The notes beneath the pieces are model-generated. The model worked only from the letters and a program-made list of their open reading frames with translations. It did not search any database and was not told the origin of the DNA. Position numbers and translations under genes: made by a program. A DNA stretch of 63,788 nt, the filler included, from Olpidium bornovanus S191 (taxonomy: Eukaryota; Fungi; Olpidiomycota): assembly GCA_017911155.1 (NCBI GenBank). It is 28 parts of 28 records of this genome, joined end to end, with 100 filler letters (N's around TTAATTAATTAA, not from the genome) between each part and the next. Parts side by side here need not be neighbours in the genome. Positions count along the whole stretch, not along the records: positions 60,232 to 62,471 come from JAEFCI010009603.1; positions 62,572 to 63,788 come from JAEFCI010012115.1; 26 more parts are not named here. One strand, 5' to 3'. Shown here in pieces: positions 60,232 through 63,788 of this stretch (its first letter is position 1; each line of letters begins with the position of its first letter).

Positions 60232-62185
60232 CAACTAGTGCAGCCACGTTCACAAACCCTGCCCAGTCCGGCCGATCCGCCCCAAGGTTCCGGAATAGTT
60301 CCGATGGTGGAAGCCTGATCAGGCCAGCGGTGCTGTGGGGACCCTGGTCATGGAGGACGAAGCATTCTGCAGAACAGCGGGTTTGGAACATCGCCTGTAA
60401 TGTATCGACTAGAGCCCCCGAGCTGACAGAAAAGGCCCAAAACGGCATGTTAGCTTCCGCTTCGCAGATGGCGACGCCAATGCAGAAGAAAGCATCTTGC
60501 ACCCATACCGGAAGCTTTCCACGACGATCCAACACCGCAAGTTCGTGTGCTCGTTCTCCGTTGCCGCAGGCTCCATGGTGCCGCCATGGAACGTGTTGAC
60601 GTTTTGTCGCGGCCGCTTCCGCCCGCCGTAGTAGCCGTTCTCGTCGGCATAGTGGCCATTAATGAGCTCATCGTGCGACGCCGGAGGTAGCCGACTGTCG
60701 TTGTCACTTTGGTACTCGTCTTCATACCCACTTCCAAACCGTGGCGGCGGAAAACGCACATATTCGGCCGAGTTTCCCCGTTTGGCGTAGCGCAAGTCCG
60801 GCGAGGGCCTGGCGAAGGGATCTTGACTGTTGTGGAGCCGCGGATCATCGGAACACAACTGGCCCTCGTGTTGACCGGCAGCGGACGGGCGATGGCGGCT
60901 CCCGCGGTAGCGCGAGTCCGGCGATCTCCCCTCGTACCCGGCCGACCGGCCCGACGCATATTGGGGACAGCGCGATGTCGTCGGCTGCGAGGGATGCCTC
61001 GTGTACGTTTCGGCGCCCCTGAGCCGCGCGTCGTAGGACGACGCCGAGGACCTGGAGGCCACGTCCGGGTGATAGGCGGGATCCGGCACGCCGCGCGCGT
61101 CTTTTCCAAACGCATCCCAACCGCCCCGGCTTGCGTCGTCGCGGCCGGCCCCGTAGGCGCTTTCCGGAGCCGAGTACCTTCCCCACCGTTCTCTCGAAAA
61201 ATCCGCCCGCGAAGGATAACCTTCTCCGAATCCCCCCCGCGGGGCCCCGGAGGGCGAGCGGTGCGGAGCTCGGCGACTCCCGGCGTAATTCGGCAAAACC
61301 TGCCGCTGGTCGCGCGAGTGGTGCAAAGGCGAAGCGCTCATCCCGTGCGGGGGGTATCCGACTTCCGGTTCGGCGCGGGCCGCGGGCCCCTGCTGGAACG
61401 ACACTTCGCTCTGGGCCAGCCACTGTTGGAAACCCTCGTTGTCGGCTATGTTCTCCGGGAGTAAGCTGCCGGAGGCCGGGGTCCGGTCGTCGCCGTAACC
61501 TTGTCGCCCCGGCGGCTGCCGCCTGTATTGCGGCCCGCGGTACGAGGCAGACGCTCCACGCCGTCCGCGTTTGCTGCCTCGCCACCGGCGGCCGTTGTCC
61601 AGGTGGTGGGGCCAGTGAGCCTCAGACGGCGGAATGTTGTCAAACGGGGACAGAGCTGGGCAACCGGCAACACCGAGGGCAACGCCCGTTAACATAGACG
61701 CACAGAAGCCGTCGTAGGATCGCTTCCCCCGCTGTTGACTTCTTCGCAGGAATTGTTATTTCTTCGCGGGAATTGTTATTTTTCTCACCCTCCAGTTCTC
61801 TTGCGTCGCCAGGAGCCGGGTTGTTGAGAGCGCAGACGCCCGTCACGCCGACGTCGCCCCCGGTTTCGCCGTAAGCCGTGTCTCCGGCGGCCGGCGCCCG
61901 CTCCGACCCCGGCTGCTGCGCCTGGTGGCACTGCCGCTGCTGCTGCTGCTGCTTCGCCAGCTCGCTCTGGACAAGCCGGAGCCGCTCCAGCGCGAGCGCC
62001 GTGGCCTTCCGGTCCTTCTTAGCGGGAGGCGCCTTCGGACCGTCTACGCCCGCCGCCGTCTCGGGCAGCTGCGGTGCGGCATGCGGCGGAGGAGCAAAGG
62101 CAGCCGGGGGGGGCGGGGGCTTCGCCTGGGTCGGCGCCTGGGACGGCGCCGGCGTCGGGGCGCGACCTCCTTCAACGGTGTCCAT
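60232..62185 (-). CDS. Hypothetical multi-exon protein, 3' partial
   Basis: ATG at 62185 with a Pro/Ala/Gln-rich first exon, a 428-codon open frame (61695-60409) rich in Arg/Ser/Gly/Tyr, then a more globular-looking segment (RCWIVVESFRYG..MPFWAFSVSSG). No family recognised. Confidence 0.5.
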
Positions 62186-62245
62186 GGCGGGCGGGGCTGA
62201 AGGAGGAAGGGGGGGGAAGGAGGGGGGATTCGGAGGGCGGAAAGA

Positions 62246-62341
<96 letters not shown>

Positions 62342-62576
62342 GGGGGGGGGGGGGGGAGGGGGCCCTCCTTCCCAAAGTGGAGGCGAGGATCGACTGCTTC
62401 GCCCCGGATAGAAGGGAATGAACCGATGGAGAGTTTAAGTTTTGTGCAGACTTGTCGCGTCTTGCGTCCGGNNNNNNNNNNNNNNNNNNNNNNNNNNNNN
62501 NNNNNNNNNNNNNNNTTAATTAATTAANNNNNNNNNNNNNNNNNNNNNNNNNNNNNNNNNNNNNNNNNNNNCCCCC

Positions 62577-62677
<101 letters not shown>

Positions 62678-62681
62678 CGCG

Positions 62682-62757
<76 letters not shown>

Positions 62758-63788
62758 CGGCGGGAAGGCGCATTTTTAAAGGCCCTGTTGCCCGGCCGAC
62801 GACGACGACCAGCGGCGGAACCGAAACCGCTGCTCGGCCGCCCGCCCTCACCCCCCAGTCAAACACAAAAAAACCCTTGCGCGCTGGGCGGCGCCGCACG
62901 CTCGTGCCCGAGCGCGGTTTGTCGTCAGAGAGATCGTGACGCCTGCGAAAATGGTCAACTTTCTCCCTGCCAACAGTTGTAAGAATCTGCTCGTGTTCTG
63001 CTCGTGTTTTCTCGCCTCTCGAACGCGAGACTGTGCAACAGCCTCGGAAATTACGGGCCGGACAACCGGCGCGGGTGGTGCACCCGACGTCATTTCCCAC
63101 GTCAGGGTGCGGGTTACCGTCTGATGATGTGAACCGCAGAGAACGAGACTAGCCCGTTCGACCTTGCCGTCTCTGATGTCAAACGAGACGCGGGGTAGCC
63201 GGTCCCCGCACCAGCAGCGTTGGCCATATAATCCCGCGGGCGGGAATTGGGTCACGTAACCGCAAAACTTTCCACATTGCAAGAGAAGGTCCGCCCTGCC
63301 GGCCTAAGGCGGCCCCACTAACAAGGCCAGGCTTTCTAACAAAACGGAACGGACGTGCAGACGAGAGCTGCTAAAATTCTGTCATAAAAGACAAAACCCA
63401 GTGGTTTGGAAGCAAACAAAAGTAAGAAATAAAAACAAGGATACAGTACACGATGGCCATATCTACGACAAATATGTACAGGAAACGGGCCCGGAAGATG
63501 ACTGCGTGGACATAGCAACGCAATGAGCCATCACCGTTGGGAAAGAAAAAAAAGTGATACCCGCAGTTATGTCGCTGAGAGATCGCTGAACTTGCAATGC
63601 GCAAGCTGCGGGCTATTTAACAGCTCCCGAGCATTTGACACCGCCATCTTGCTGGCCTTCTCATTCACCGGGCACCGCTACTCGCTCAACAATAACCTTC
63701 GGCGACAAAGTGGACGCAGCGGCGGTGACCGCCAGGTCAGCGGTGGCGCACTGCTCGAAAATCTTGGCGGTCATAACGTCACCCATGA

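Noticed and set aside
5886-62527. ORFs beginning or ending in X runs with 'LIN' or 'N', and the recurring TTAATTAATTAA
   Set aside because: These are products of the synthetic spacer, not biological sequence or a repeat family.
62848-63282. CGKFCGY..AGLYGQRCWCG, resembling part of a WSC domain
   Set aside because: The remaining WSC cysteines are absent and the exon structure is unclear; it may be coding but I cannot name it.

Overview
This window is not one locus. It is 28 short contigs (about 1-6.6 kb) of a fragmented eukaryotic draft assembly, joined by 27 artificial 100-nt spacers (44 N + TTAATTAATTAA + 44 N), so adjacency across a spacer means nothing. The DNA is GC-rich, has GT-AG spliceosomal introns with CTAAC-like branch sites, and the genes are fungal in type. 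Recognised genes, mostly partial: MSS51, an R3H-associated protein, HOK1/Hook, a SNF2 helicase, MSS1/MnmE, an Msn2/Seb1-type C2H2 factor, BAP31, a glyoxal oxidase (AA5_1), mitochondrial uS17, PBS2, a DSS1-like RNase II, PDRG1, RPS7, PRMT5, DONSON, HEM14, SAM37/metaxin, HSP90 and a TCP11/SOK1-like protein. Mobile DNA: a decayed Ty1/copia pol, Ty3/gypsy pieces, and an internally deleted Tc1/mariner-type element with TIRs and a TA duplication. DONSON and PDRG1 alongside fungal genes suggest an early-diverging fungus (inference). I found no multi-gene novel system that I can support. The best leads are a ~105-bp non-coding element conserved on two unlinked contigs, a ~172-bp AT-rich satellite abutting an LTR-like start, an apparent GG-AG intron in MSS1, a micro-exon-built BAP31, inverted telomere repeats, and a strong excess of CATG at contig ends. 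All protein identifications come from motif recognition by eye; no database search was run.
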